The notes under the pieces were generated by a model that did not search any database, was not told where the DNA came from, and worked only from the letters and a program-made list of their open reading frames with translations. Shown one piece after another: positions 1 through 10,248 of a stretch of DNA of 64,000 nt; the stretch's first letter is position 1; the number at the start of each line of letters is the position of its first letter. Both the position numbers and the translations under genes were made by a program. The stretch is from a virus (lineage: Duplodnaviria > Caudoviricetes): IMG/VR virus record IMGVR_UViG_3300021255_003058, positions 52,382 through 116,381 of that record. One strand, given 5' to 3'.

Positions 1-1227
1 AAAGATATAGAATCATATACTCCACAACAAGTAAAAGAAATGCAGTATGCTGCTGCATTTGAACAAACTTTCGGTGCAATTTCTCCATCACAAACTTGGG
101 GATTTTCAAATCCGACTTCTGCTACAAAAGCAATAACACGTTCTGCACAACCTAATTCTAACCAATGGGGAACTAACGATTGGGATGGAAGATATAAAGA
201 TTACCCAAAGCCAGCAGATATTACTCCTGAAGAAAGAGCTAAAGTGTTAGCTGTGTTTAATGAAAAGGGTGAAGAAAGTTATACTGATTTAGTTAATTGG
301 TCTAATTTTTTTGTACAGCAAGTTTATTGTGGACCTAATGGATGGAAAATGAATGAGCTTGCATGTTGGGACACACAAGGTTACAATAGCACAATTTATC
401 CAGATTGGAACAATTATCAACCAACAATTGTATTTTCAAATGATGATATTGTAAACAATTTTAATGGTGGTAAATATAGTGGAAATGCAGAACAAGGCTG
501 TATGTTAATGTTTAATTCTTCTACTTCACAATGGAGTTTCAAGACTTCTCAAAGTGGTGGTGAGCGTATATATGACCATTGGAGAATGGAAGAAATTGAT
601 GGTAATTATTATGTAGGTCTTGACCATGAAGCATGGAAACAAGCTCCTACAAATGCAAATGAAGAAGATAAAAGAGACTATGTTTATAATGATTGGATTA
701 TAAAGATTGCTCCAGGTAACGGGCAAACACCTCCAGATAAAGTTAAAGAAGAAGGAATGATTATTTGTGAAGATTTAGGTAATATAGGTGATTTTGATTT
801 TAATGATGTTGTTTTTTATGCAAAGATATTTGAAAGCGGAAGAACTGAAATTACTTTATTAGCTGCAGGTGGAACATTAGATATATCAGTTGCTGGTGTT
901 AATGTTGGTCAAGTAATGGGTAAGATGGTTAATACTGGTCTTAAATCAGTTCAAGAATATTTCTTTGTTGCAGCAAATACTTATAATTCATTAATTGATA
1001 TTCCTATTATTGTTTCACAAACTGATAATGCAGGTAATGTTACATCATATGAATTAACAGCAGTAATGGGTAAAGCTCCACAAAAAATTTGTGTACCACT
1101 TGGATTTAAATGGTGTAAAGAATACAAATCATTAGCAGATGCATATGAAGGATTCAAAACATGGACAACTGGAGCTTCATCAACATGGACAGAAGGAGCA
1201 TTTAATGAAGAATTAGTAATGCCATAA
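1..1227 (+). CDS. LruC/DUF4842-like Bacteroidota surface protein, 5' end outside window
   Basis: Frame open from base 1; motifs DYVYNDWIIKI and ICEDLGNIGDFDFNDVVF...LLAAGGTL, P..ICVP..FKW. Confidence 0.65.
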   Translation, partial: KDIESYTPQQVKEMQYAAAFEQTFGAISPSQTWGFSNPTSATKAITRSAQPNSNQWGTNDWDGRYKDYPKPADITPEERAKVLAVFNEKGEESYTDLVNWSNFFVQQVYCGPNGWKMNELACWDTQGYNSTIYPDWNNYQPTIVFSNDDIVNNFNGGKYSGNAEQGCMLMFNSSTSQWSFKTSQSGGERIYDHWRMEEIDGNYYVGLDHEAWKQAPTNANEEDKRDYVYNDWIIKIAPGNGQTPPDKVKEEGMIICEDLGNIGDFDFNDVVFYAKIFESGRTEITLLAAGGTLDISVAGVNVGQVMGKMVNTGLKSVQEYFFVAANTYNSLIDIPIIVSQTDNAGNVTSYELTAVMGKAPQKICVPLGFKWCKEYKSLADAYEGFKTWTTGASSTWTEGAFNEELVMP

Positions 1228-1247
1228 CAATTATAATTATATAAATT

Positions 1248-1274
1248 AAGGAGGAACATATGTTTCTCCTTTTT
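1248..1274. terminator. Intrinsic terminator between convergent genes
   Basis: AAGGAG-gaacatatgttt-CTCCTT followed by T-run. Confidence 0.65.
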
Positions 1275-1312
1275 AATGTTTAATAAAAGATATGGTGTTG
1301 ACAGATTCTGTC

Positions 1313-1795
1313 TTAACATTTTTTAGCTTTTCTATACTTAATCAACCACTTTCGATAATCTTTATTATTAAAGATACCTATGTGTTCTCGTTTATTAAGT
1401 TCATTTTTAATATCCTGAATTCTACCTTCCCAATATAATCCTTCAAATCTAAAATTCATTTCATCTCCAAATTGCCATTCATTATATCCATAATAATATC
1501 CATCCTCATCCCAGTGAGCATCCTGTTTGCTTTTAACAGTTGTGAACTTTTTATGACATTCTTCTCCAGTTGATTTTGTGTAACCTAAACATACGTGATT
1601 ATATATTACTCCATCTTTTTCAAATGGTCCATAAAAAGGAATCCAAAATTCATTCTTTTTAGAATTCCAATTATAAATTTCTTTATACTTCCCATGGTCA
1701 GTAAGACAATGTCTATTTTTGCGATAGAAATGTAATATTACCTCTGTTGGGAATTTTGATAACGGTGTTATCTTTTTACTATTATTGTTATGCAT
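1313..1795 (-). CDS. Hypothetical protein
   Basis: 160-aa ORF in a tightly packed minus-strand run. Confidence 0.7.
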   Translation of the reverse strand: MHNNNSKKITPLSKFPTEVILHFYRKNRHCLTDHGKYKEIYNWNSKKNEFWIPFYGPFEKDGVIYNHVCLGYTKSTGEECHKKFTTVKSKQDAHWDEDGYYYGYNEWQFGDEMNFRFEGLYWEGRIQDIKNELNKREHIGIFNNKDYRKWLIKYRKAKKC

Positions 1796-2036
1796 ATTAG
1801 TCTAAAATTGTTAATTTAACTCCAGGCAAACGATTATTAAATGTCCGCCAAATTTTATTATAATGATATTTTGAACACGTTTCAGATCTCATCCAATAAT
1901 ATATTGCAACATTATCGTGATCTGGATTTTCATTAACACTTTTGACTAGTACTTTGTAAGCTTCATCATTTAATTGTAAATTTAATTTTGTTGTTCGTAT
2001 TACGTTTGTTCTTTCTAATGTAATGTGGTGCATATA

Positions 2037-2660
2037 TTAGAACTTCCAAAAATTAATATCCTTATTGATTGACATTTCCATTGAGTTTACGTCCTCCTTG
2101 ACTTCCTTCAAATCATATTTCAACTCAAGGAACTTCTTAATAAAATCAAGAGTGATAAACTCATTGCACTGCTCGTAATATTTCTCGCGCCATGAATAAG
2201 TTCTAAAATCAGTAATTGTATTGAACAATTTCTCAGCGTTAGTCTCACCCTTCTCAATTTCAGCCTGCAGAAACTCGAGGAAGATTCGAACCTCTCCGAG
2301 CGACTGAAGCTTTTCCCAAGTCAAATCAGAATAAATGCGGCCGAACTTACCGAAAGCAATGATTCTAGTTGCCCAGAGGTAGTCAGAGTCATTCTTCTTG
2401 CGCCACTTATTAATGTAACCTCCCCACTCACGAAGATTATATTTCTTTGAACCAGCTTCCCACCCGAAACGAGCATTGTAACCAACAGCAGCAATTCCCA
2501 TTGTACCATCAACAATTGCGGTTTCAACATCTCCAATCCAATGCCAATGATTAAACGGACGGGAGTTCTCGTACTTGCCATCAGAAATCTGTCCTTCCAT
2601 TTCCATTGAATAGAGGCACATTGCAGAAGCGTTCTTGAAATGAATTGTCAAATTCTTCAT
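2037..2660 (-). CDS. Hypothetical protein
   Basis: 207-aa ORF, locally higher GC, first gene after promoter/leader cassette. Confidence 0.75.
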   Translation of the reverse strand: MKNLTIHFKNASAMCLYSMEMEGQISDGKYENSRPFNHWHWIGDVETAIVDGTMGIAAVGYNARFGWEAGSKKYNLREWGGYINKWRKKNDSDYLWATRIIAFGKFGRIYSDLTWEKLQSLGEVRIFLEFLQAEIEKGETNAEKLFNTITDFRTYSWREKYYEQCNEFITLDFIKKFLELKYDLKEVKEDVNSMEMSINKDINFWKF

Positions 2661-2716
2661 ATTGTTTATTTATTTTGATTAATGCAATTTTGGAAATTTC
2701 ATATTTCAATACAATT

Positions 2717-2784
2717 ATAATGAATGTTTTTTTTATGTTACCATCCATACATAAATAATATAGTATCTTATTCAAAAAATTCAA
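2717..2784 (-). promoter_or_regulatory. Phage promoter plus ATGTAT hairpin cassette (copy 1)
   Basis: Minus strand TTGAAT-N15-CTATATT then ATTT-ATGTATGGATG-gtaacataaaaaaaa-CATTCAT-TATAATTGTA. Confidence 0.7.
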
Positions 2785-3216
2785 ATATTATATAAATTTC
2801 ATATAAAATTTATAAAACATATATTAAATATTTTTAGTTACGAATAATTCTACACCATCATATTCTTTAATAAAGTCCTCATAAGATATGATATCTACAT
2901 CAACCATATCCAATATTCCATCACCGCGGTCCTCCCATATTTCAATATCAATAGTATTATTATTACCGAGATAATATGAATTACCATACTCATCATCTAG
3001 ATGATGAGTAAAACGATTAGTCATCAAATATAAAAGGGCATCCTGAGAATTTATAAAACTTTTCATATTTATTTCTTTTTATAATATTTTTGGTCTTCAA
3101 TATACAATTCATTAACAATAAACATCTTACGAATAAGATATCCATTATCCGTAAATCCTTCAACAGTCCAATATTCTTTTGAACCTATTTTATATATTGT
3201 ATCGTTAATGTTAAAT

Positions 3217-3480
3217 TTACGCTTCATTTTCTTTCTTTTTGATAACTGCTAAAAATATATTTCTATCTGAAACTTTATATGAACGCTTCAAATCATCAAT
3301 TCCTGCCCCTTTATATTTTGCAGAAGGAACAACAGTGAACTTCTGATTACCACTTTTATCATAGTCAAATTTTACAACTGTTCCGAAAATAAAGTGTCCT
3401 TTAACCTTAATGAACACAGGATCTCCGAGATGCAGTTCATGACAAAAACTATCGTAAAAATTTTCAAATAATGTACTCAT
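3217..3480 (-). CDS. Hypothetical protein
   Basis: 87-aa ORF coupled to upstream ORF by 4-nt overlap. Confidence 0.65.
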   Translation of the reverse strand: MSTLFENFYDSFCHELHLGDPVFIKVKGHFIFGTVVKFDYDKSGNQKFTVVPSAKYKGAGIDDLKRSYKVSDRNIFLAVIKKKENEA

Positions 3481-3676
3481 ACAAATGCTTTATGTGAATC
3501 TCTATAACTGTCTGAATAACCTTGTGAATAACCTGTTTCCCAGCACTTCTGAAAATAGTTCTTTACAGCAGTTAACTGATATTCATTTAATTGGTTTTCA
3601 CAAACAGTATTCTGAATGAATTTATTGAATATTGACTCTACCTGTGCTTCGTATTTCATATTATTATGATATATAA

Positions 3677-3820
3677 TTAAACGTAAAACTCACGGAAAAA
3701 AGAACCAGGATAACGCTTATGTAATTCGCGCATTTCTTTACGACCGGGACTCATTGCCTGATGCCATTCACCGTTCTCAAGATAACGAACTTCGTACCAC
3801 TTAATTTTTTTCTTTGCCAT
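3677..3820 (-). CDS. Small hypothetical protein (47 aa, not in ORF track)
   Basis: MAKKKIKWYEVRYLENGEWHQAMSPGRKEMRELHKRYPGSFFREFYV*, GC-elevated, directly downstream of promoter cassette. Confidence 0.7.
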   Translation of the reverse strand: MAKKKIKWYEVRYLENGEWHQAMSPGRKEMRELHKRYPGSFFREFYV

Positions 3821-3842
3821 ATTATTATTCAATTTTATTACA

Positions 3843-3908
3843 ATATTAATTCAGTTTATTGTATTACTGAATACATAAATAATATAGAACATATTTTAAA
3901 AAATTAAA
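3843..3908 (-). promoter_or_regulatory. Phage promoter plus ATGTAT hairpin cassette (copy 2)
   Basis: TTTAAT-N15-CTATATT; 3843-3890 identical (48 bp) to 12157-12204; stem ATTCAG/CTGAAT. Confidence 0.7.
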
Positions 3909-3917
3909 TATTATTAA

Positions 3918-4058
3918 AAAAATTATGCTAATTTTTTAAAATTGCATTATTAGAAAAATTATGCTAATTTTTTAAAATTGCATTATTAGAAAAATTATGC
4001 TAATTTTTTAAAATTGCATTATTAGAAAAATTATGCTAATTTTTTAAAATTGCATTAT
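3918..4058. repeat. Tandem repeat, 36-bp unit x about 4
   Basis: AAAAATTATGCTAATTTTTTAAAATTGCATTATTAG; ATGCTA recurs at 3925, 3961, 3997, 4033; no spacers. Confidence 0.95.
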
Positions 4059-4153
4059 ATGTAATTTTTTACATACAACATGTAATATAATACATGAAAA
4101 ATATTTTAATTGTCAAAAATTTTTTATTTTTTATTAAAATATATATATATAAT

Positions 4154-4639
4154 ATGATATCAATTAAAGATTTTATACTTGAACATAATAATAAATTTAA
4201 TGTTAATATGTTAGTAAGTCAATATGATAAATCAGATTTATTAAAATTAAAAGAACATGATAAAACAACAATACATAATATTGAATTTGAAATTACATAC
4301 GTTAATCCAAAATATTATAAAGAAACACAATGTTCACCTATAAAAAATAAAGAATTAAAATATGGTTTATTTCAATTATTTTTATGGGATACTTGTGAAG
4401 AGTTAACAAATATGTATCCTGTACCAACAAATGTTAATAATAATGGTATTTATCCAAATTATTTTACTGATGGCAAAAATATATATGATATTGAAAATAA
4501 TTTAAAACTAGTTACAAAAAATTCAAAAGATAAATCACGAATTTTATGTCATGGCGGATATCGTTCTCCAGAAGGTAAATATTATTTATCAACAAATAAT
4601 TTAATTGATAAATCATTAAAAATTAAAGAATTATTATAA
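4154..4639 (+). CDS. Hypothetical protein (likely start MISIKDFILE)
   Basis: ORF 4094-4639; internal ATG at 4154 follows an AT-rich leader; terminator follows. Confidence 0.65.
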   Translation: MISIKDFILEHNNKFNVNMLVSQYDKSDLLKLKEHDKTTIHNIEFEITYVNPKYYKETQCSPIKNKELKYGLFQLFLWDTCEELTNMYPVPTNVNNNGIYPNYFTDGKNIYDIENNLKLVTKNSKDKSRILCHGGYRSPEGKYYLSTNNLIDKSLKIKELL

Positions 4640-4644
4640 TAAAC

Positions 4645-4672
4645 AAAGGGTTGTTTTACGACAACCCTTTTT
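4645..4672 (+). terminator. Intrinsic terminator
   Basis: AAAGGGTTGT-tttacg-ACAACCCTTT plus T-run. Confidence 0.8.
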
Positions 4673-4841
4673 ATAATATATTTTGTTTATAATTTAAATA
4701 TTATATAAAAAATAATAAGAAATAAATATAATTTATGTATTTTTTTATTAATATTTGTTAAAAGAATCTATTTTTTCTATATATAGTTATATTTTTATAT
4801 AATCAGAAACAATACAAAAATATATATAGTTTTTTATTTAT

Positions 4842-5963
4842 ATGAGTGTTACAGATGAAGAATTAATGGAAAGAGTATTAGCAGAACAAATTCCTGAAGC
4901 TCCAGAAGATGCACATCAAGGTGAAGATCACGAATCAGAAAAAGAAGCTTCTGTTGAAGAAGCACCAAGATCTGAAGCAGCAAAATATCTTGGTACAAAA
5001 TTGAATCATAAACCAGGTGATAATCCATTTGCTGACAAAGAGGCAGATAAAGAAATGATTGAAAAAAAAGGTCTTTCCCGCATTGGTGAAAACCTTAATA
5101 AAAATATTGAATATCGTGAAGGATGGTTACCAGTTGATATTGCGCTTTTAGGCAAGAGAGCAACATATTATCCTGAAGATTGGTCGTTCCGTATTCGTCC
5201 TGCAACTGTTGAAGCAATTCGTAACTGGTCAAATATTGATGATGAAAATCCAAATTCAGTAGATGAAGTTTTCAATGAAGTTATCAAGAGTTGTGTTGCT
5301 ATTGTTGGCCCAAGTGGACAACCAATTTCTTGGGGTAACTTGTCAGACTGGGATCGTTTCTTCTTCTTATGTCTTACCCGTGAATATACATTCCGTAACG
5401 GTGAGAGAAAGATTAAGTATACTGATTATTGTCCAGAATGTGATAATGAAATTGAATTTGAATTAAATTCACAATCATTAATGTACGACTTCCCTGATGA
5501 AGAAGTAATGAAGTATTATGATCGTGAGAATAGATGTTGGTATATCGACCCATCAGAATTTGGTATTGAAGGAGAAGAACCAATTCAATTGTATATTCCT
5601 ACACTTGAAAAGGATGCTGCAATTAAAGCATGGCTTATTGCTCGTCTTCAAGAAAATCGTAACTTCAAGATTGACCAAACATTCTTACGTTTTGTTGCAT
5701 GGATGACTCCAAAACTTTCAAAGGATGCAACTATTGCAGCACGTCAAATTAGAGAGCTTAACTTAAAATACAAGAGCTGGGATGAAGAGATGTTCTCATT
5801 TATGGATGATGTTATTCGTAATATTGTTGTTACACCTTCAAATAAATTGGTAATTAATTGTCCAATATGTGGAGAGGAGGTAACATCAAATATACGATTT
5901 CCGAACTCAATCAAGGAACTTTTCTCTTACGAATCAAAGTTCAAGAAATTCGGAAAGAAATAA
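4842..5963 (+). CDS. T4 gp26-like baseplate hub / tail assembly chaperone protein
   Basis: IRPATVE, L..WDRFFFL..REYT, two CPxC pairs (CPEC, CPIC), acidic N-terminus. Confidence 0.6.
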   Translation: MSVTDEELMERVLAEQIPEAPEDAHQGEDHESEKEASVEEAPRSEAAKYLGTKLNHKPGDNPFADKEADKEMIEKKGLSRIGENLNKNIEYREGWLPVDIALLGKRATYYPEDWSFRIRPATVEAIRNWSNIDDENPNSVDEVFNEVIKSCVAIVGPSGQPISWGNLSDWDRFFFLCLTREYTFRNGERKIKYTDYCPECDNEIEFELNSQSLMYDFPDEEVMKYYDRENRCWYIDPSEFGIEGEEPIQLYIPTLEKDAAIKAWLIARLQENRNFKIDQTFLRFVAWMTPKLSKDATIAARQIRELNLKYKSWDEEMFSFMDDVIRNIVVTPSNKLVINCPICGEEVTSNIRFPNSIKELFSYESKFKKFGKK

Positions 5964-6012
5964 ATATTCTATTTTATCTAAAGCTGAACAGGATATTTAT
6001 GATTCTTATTTA

Positions 6013-6309
6013 TTGTTAATTTATGCTCCATTTAGAATTGACACGGAGCAAATGTTGAAAAACTTTTTATATATATGTAAAGATTATCATATTCAGCCTT
6101 CTGAAATTAATCAGATGCCATATTATCAATATGAAATATATCTTGAAGAAATAAAAGCAATTCAAAAACAACAAGAAAAAGAGAACGAAAATCAAGAAAA
6201 ACAACAGGCGCAAATGATGAAAGGTATGAATCCTAATTCAATGATGAATAATATTAATAGAAATATGCCTAATATGAGTATGCCTAAGATTAATGTTCCA
6301 AAATTTTAA
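6013..6309 (+). CDS. T4 gp51-like hub assembly chaperone (possibly frameshift extension of upstream gene)
   Basis: KDYHIQPSEINQMPYYQYEIYLEEI motif; frame open from 5884, first ATG at 6052. Confidence 0.55.
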   Translation: MLIYAPFRIDTEQMLKNFLYICKDYHIQPSEINQMPYYQYEIYLEEIKAIQKQQEKENENQEKQQAQMMKGMNPNSMMNNINRNMPNMSMPKINVPKF

Positions 6310-6314
6310 CATAG

Positions 6315-6349
6315 AAAAAGCGAAGCTTATCAATAAGTTTCGCTTTTTT
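6315..6349. terminator. Bidirectional intrinsic terminator
   Basis: AAAAAGCGAAGCTTAT-ca-ATAAGTTTCGCTTTTTT between convergent genes. Confidence 0.75.
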
Positions 6350-6815
6350 GTTGTATATTACTTGCCATTATTGACAATATAATTTCTGGTTTTTTGCTTA
6401 TAATATTTTTCTCATCAATTTCACCTTCTCTTGAATTGTCCCAATTATGAATAACTGTTCTTGTATCATCAAAACAATACATTTGTTCTGCAATATCAAT
6501 TCCATCTTTCATAATATCAGGCAAATCCATAATAGGATTTAAATCTGCAAGAACTAATGATGATGCTAAGAAACTACCAAATCCACAAAATTGCTCAGAA
6601 ACATCAGAATAATCTGGAAAGATATAAAACATACAATGTGAACGAATATATGTTATTCTTATCTTATGCCATCCAGCCCCATGTTTTCGACCAATTGGAG
6701 TATCATAAGGCCAGTCCCGCCAGTATTCTCTTCCTACTTTAAGAGCTCTTTCATAATTATCTCTACCATATAAATCACTAATCATAGTAGAAAAACAAGT
6801 TTTTTTAATTTTCAT
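6330..6815 (-). CDS. Hypothetical protein
   Basis: 161-aa ORF. Confidence 0.7.
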   Translation of the reverse strand: MKIKKTCFSTMISDLYGRDNYERALKVGREYWRDWPYDTPIGRKHGAGWHKIRITYIRSHCMFYIFPDYSDVSEQFCGFGSFLASSLVLADLNPIMDLPDIMKDGIDIAEQMYCFDDTRTVIHNWDNSREGEIDEKNIISKKPEIILSIMASNIQQKSETY

Positions 6816-6821
6816 ATTACA

Positions 6822-7556
6822 TTACAATGTTTTATTTTTTATGATTTCTCTTAAAATTATTTCTCCATTATCATTAATTGTTTCAATTAAATATTCTGTT
6901 GTTATACAATCAATATCATAAAAATCTGCATTATTAACTTTAAATGTTAATACAAATTTATTGTGAGTATGACCAAAAACTTGATTCCATGTTATTCCAC
7001 TATTATCAATATATGGATCACTTTTTAATGCTTCAGGACGAACCCACATTGGAGAATTACGTTTATCATTTCCAAACCAATCAGATCCAACATGTTCAAA
7101 TGCTTTATATTCTATTGTATTGATATTTCCTAATGAAGGATAACACCATTTCATAAACCAAGTCATTGTAACACCAGCATGTGTATAAATTGTTTTATTA
7201 ATTTCATCAACAAAACAAAAACTTAGTATATTATCATCTATTGCTTTTGAAACAAAATCTGAAGCAAACCACGCAGTATCTTTATTATATCCAGAATATT
7301 GACCTCTAAAACTCGTAAGATAATGCATATCATGATTACCAATTAGCATTATGAATTTACCTTTTTTAGATTTAATATGTTGCTTACGAAGTTTAATTAA
7401 ATCTAACCATGCTAATTTTTGTAGCTCAGGAGCAATTGTAAATGAATCAAAATAATCACCAACAATTATAACATCATCAGGTTGTTCAAGATCATAAATA
7501 TCTTTTATAATCCCAAACATACCATGCATATCTCCTAAAACTAATCTTTTTCTCAT
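6822..7556 (-). CDS. Calcineurin-like metallophosphoesterase
   Basis: GDMHG, GDYFD, GNHD, THAG, GHTH motifs. Confidence 0.9.
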   Translation of the reverse strand: MRKRLVLGDMHGMFGIIKDIYDLEQPDDVIIVGDYFDSFTIAPELQKLAWLDLIKLRKQHIKSKKGKFIMLIGNHDMHYLTSFRGQYSGYNKDTAWFASDFVSKAIDDNILSFCFVDEINKTIYTHAGVTMTWFMKWCYPSLGNINTIEYKAFEHVGSDWFGNDKRNSPMWVRPEALKSDPYIDNSGITWNQVFGHTHNKFVLTFKVNNADFYDIDCITTEYLIETINDNGEIILREIIKNKTL

Positions 7557-7881
7557 TTTAAATATTATCTAATCATAAATTATAAAAATAAAACAATTAA
7601 CAAACAAAATATTATAAATACCCAAAATAGACATCCTAATCCTTTAATTAAACCTTTCCATAGAAATTCAAACACATATTTAAATAATTCACATGCCCAG
7701 CCAAGAATACCTAAAAATACAAAAATTACTACTAATGATATTAAAACTTCTAAAGCAGATATAATAGCTGTCATATTCTATAAATTTTATATAAATTAAT
7801 ATAGAATATTATATATAAAATTCAAATATAATTCAAATTTCACATAAAATTTCATGTTATAAATGATAAATAATATATAAA

Positions 7882-8532
7882 TTATAAATTATATTTATTT
7901 AAATATGATTCTAATTTATTTTTTATTTCATTTGCATAAGGTTTCCATTTTTCTCTCTGAATCTCATATTCAAGAGTTTCACGAGCATCAAGTTGTGCTA
8001 CTTGCTTTGACAAACCACAGCATTCCCAATCAATCATTAATGCTTCCCAGTCAATAGCATCCCAACCATGTTCTAATCCGTATTCAAGATGATGTCTATT
8101 ATGTGTACGATGCCATTTTTGTACTCTTTTATAATCACCTCTCCATAACAATTTAAGCCATGGCTTTTCAGCGTCATGCAATAAATACTTAGGTTTCCAA
8201 ATACCAAGATTAAGAGCTGTCAATTGAAATCCGCACCAATGAGCGAACCAATATTTGAATGAACTTCTATCTTGTTTTGTAAACATTGAAAAGTTCTTAT
8301 AAAAATCTAATACATCTTCAAATGATGAATATAACCAATAATCTTTATGATATTCATCTACAGCTATCCAATATTGTTTGGCTTGAGAACATTGTTCGCA
8401 AATCCATAAATATTTATCTCCACCAAATACCTTTGTAAGATATTCTACAGCTGCGGGATCGTTAAGCATATCAATAACAGTAACCTTTCCTACTCTATCA
8501 TGAACTGATAATCTTTTTCTTAATGTTATCAT
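7882..8532 (-). CDS. HD-like domain protein (DUF5662-like C-terminus)
   Basis: LHDAEKP, HRTHNRHHLE, LMIDWE motifs. Confidence 0.55.
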   Translation of the reverse strand: MITLRKRLSVHDRVGKVTVIDMLNDPAAVEYLTKVFGGDKYLWICEQCSQAKQYWIAVDEYHKDYWLYSSFEDVLDFYKNFSMFTKQDRSSFKYWFAHWCGFQLTALNLGIWKPKYLLHDAEKPWLKLLWRGDYKRVQKWHRTHNRHHLEYGLEHGWDAIDWEALMIDWECCGLSKQVAQLDARETLEYEIQREKWKPYANEIKNKLESYLNKYNL

Positions 8533-8533
8533 A

Positions 8534-8929
8534 TTATCTTGTGTATTTGTTAAAATAAATTGGTTTTGTTATTCTTTCATAATATCCTGATGGATCTGAA
8601 ACATGTTGTTCAAGTTGATGACATAATTTGTCCCATTCCTTAAATCGTTTATATTCCTCAAGATATTCATTAGGGCAATCAGGAACATACATATAAGTTC
8701 CCCATTTATGATAATCTTCACAATCTTTGCCTAAGACCATTGTATTATCAATATCACTAAACATACGATTATCTGAAAAATAACCCTTATTAGGCTTAGT
8801 ATCAAATTCAGGATAATATGTTATATTATATTGATGAATCTTGAAATTGGGAAAGCAACAGTAGTCACCGTCCCAAAAACAAAAATTCTCACAATTGATA
8901 CAACAATCTTTATGTGTAAAATCTTTCAT
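8534..8929 (-). CDS. Hypothetical Cys-rich protein
   Basis: 131-aa ORF with CCINCENFC. Confidence 0.65.
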   Translation of the reverse strand: MKDFTHKDCCINCENFCFWDGDYCCFPNFKIHQYNITYYPEFDTKPNKGYFSDNRMFSDIDNTMVLGKDCEDYHKWGTYMYVPDCPNEYLEEYKRFKEWDKLCHQLEQHVSDPSGYYERITKPIYFNKYTR

Positions 8930-9103
8930 TACATTTCTTTAATATAATTTTTTAATTCAGCAAGAATATCTAATGATCCATTGAAATAATTTATATCGCA
9001 ACTTTCAATACTTGATTTTAATTGTTTTCTTGTTGTATCAATAGAATCATTAATATAATCTATTAACTGATTTTTAAATAGTTCTTTATATTATTTAATT
9101 AAA

Positions 9104-9865
9104 TTATCCATAAATTTTATCAAAATATTGTAAAAGAATTTCTTTTATTAAATATGATGAATATGAATTTGATTCTTTACGCCAATGATTTTCGGAAATA
9201 CGTCCAAAATATATTTCTTTAATAGTTGTTGTATATGTTTTAAAATTTCGTTCTACTCTACAAAGTGTATAATAATGCATTTCATCCATACTTTTTGTTT
9301 TTCTAGAAGTTTCTGCGTTTTGGCAAACATGATTTTTAAAATTATTATCACCTACTGCAGATTTTACTTCCATATCATATGAAGGTGTTTCAATACATAC
9401 AACATCAGTTTCAACATTTTCATTTTCGCAAGATCTGAAATGATAATTACTTTGAGCTTTATTCATTTCATCTGCAAAAAATGCGTCAAAATATTTTCCA
9501 TAATGAGGCATATCTTTTTTATCAATTGGACCGAGAACACTTAAAATTTTATCATCAAATATTTTTGCAACATTATGAACAACATTAATTATTTGTTCTT
9601 TAGATAATACATTACTATAATATTTATCTATTTTTTCTCTTGTTAAAGAATCCATAGTCAGATCTTTTAACATATATCCTCTTGGAATTTTTCTATATGA
9701 CGGATCACTTTTTGTATTAATATTTTTAATTCTCAAGCAATCATCATATTCAATTAATCTATATGTATATTTATCTTCAGATGTTGGAACATAATATACA
9801 AATATTGTTTCTAAATTTGTATTATAACTTGTATAACATTCTGATGCGTAAATAATATTTTTCAT
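9104..9865 (-). CDS. Hypothetical protein
   Basis: 253-aa ORF. Confidence 0.7.
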   Translation of the reverse strand: MKNIIYASECYTSYNTNLETIFVYYVPTSEDKYTYRLIEYDDCLRIKNINTKSDPSYRKIPRGYMLKDLTMDSLTREKIDKYYSNVLSKEQIINVVHNVAKIFDDKILSVLGPIDKKDMPHYGKYFDAFFADEMNKAQSNYHFRSCENENVETDVVCIETPSYDMEVKSAVGDNNFKNHVCQNAETSRKTKSMDEMHYYTLCRVERNFKTYTTTIKEIYFGRISENHWRKESNSYSSYLIKEILLQYFDKIYG

Positions 9866-10248
9866 TTATTCAATTTTATAATTTAACTTAATTTTTCTTC
9901 AATCCACTCATTAATTGCAAGTATTCCACCAACTAAAAGAAATACACTTATAACAAATATACCTAACCATGAAAATATACCTGTCCAAAATGATCTCCAA
10001 ACAATAAGTTTTTTACTTTTCCAAGATTTTTCATAATGTACAGTATATACATAATAGCATACTGACAAAATAATCCAACCTATTAAATATGCAATAAATT
10101 GTTCCATTATTTGTTAATTTCAAAATTCATATAATAACAATATCCAGTAAACAATAATCCAATCATTTCAAGTTCAGAAAGATCTTTAGTATATTTATGA
10201 TTGGACACAAGAGTCATTAAATTATAAATCAAACTTTCTCTCATTTTA

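Noticed and set aside
3918-4058. CRISPR array (36-bp palindromic repeat)
   Set aside because: Units are directly adjacent with no spacers; no cas genes nearby
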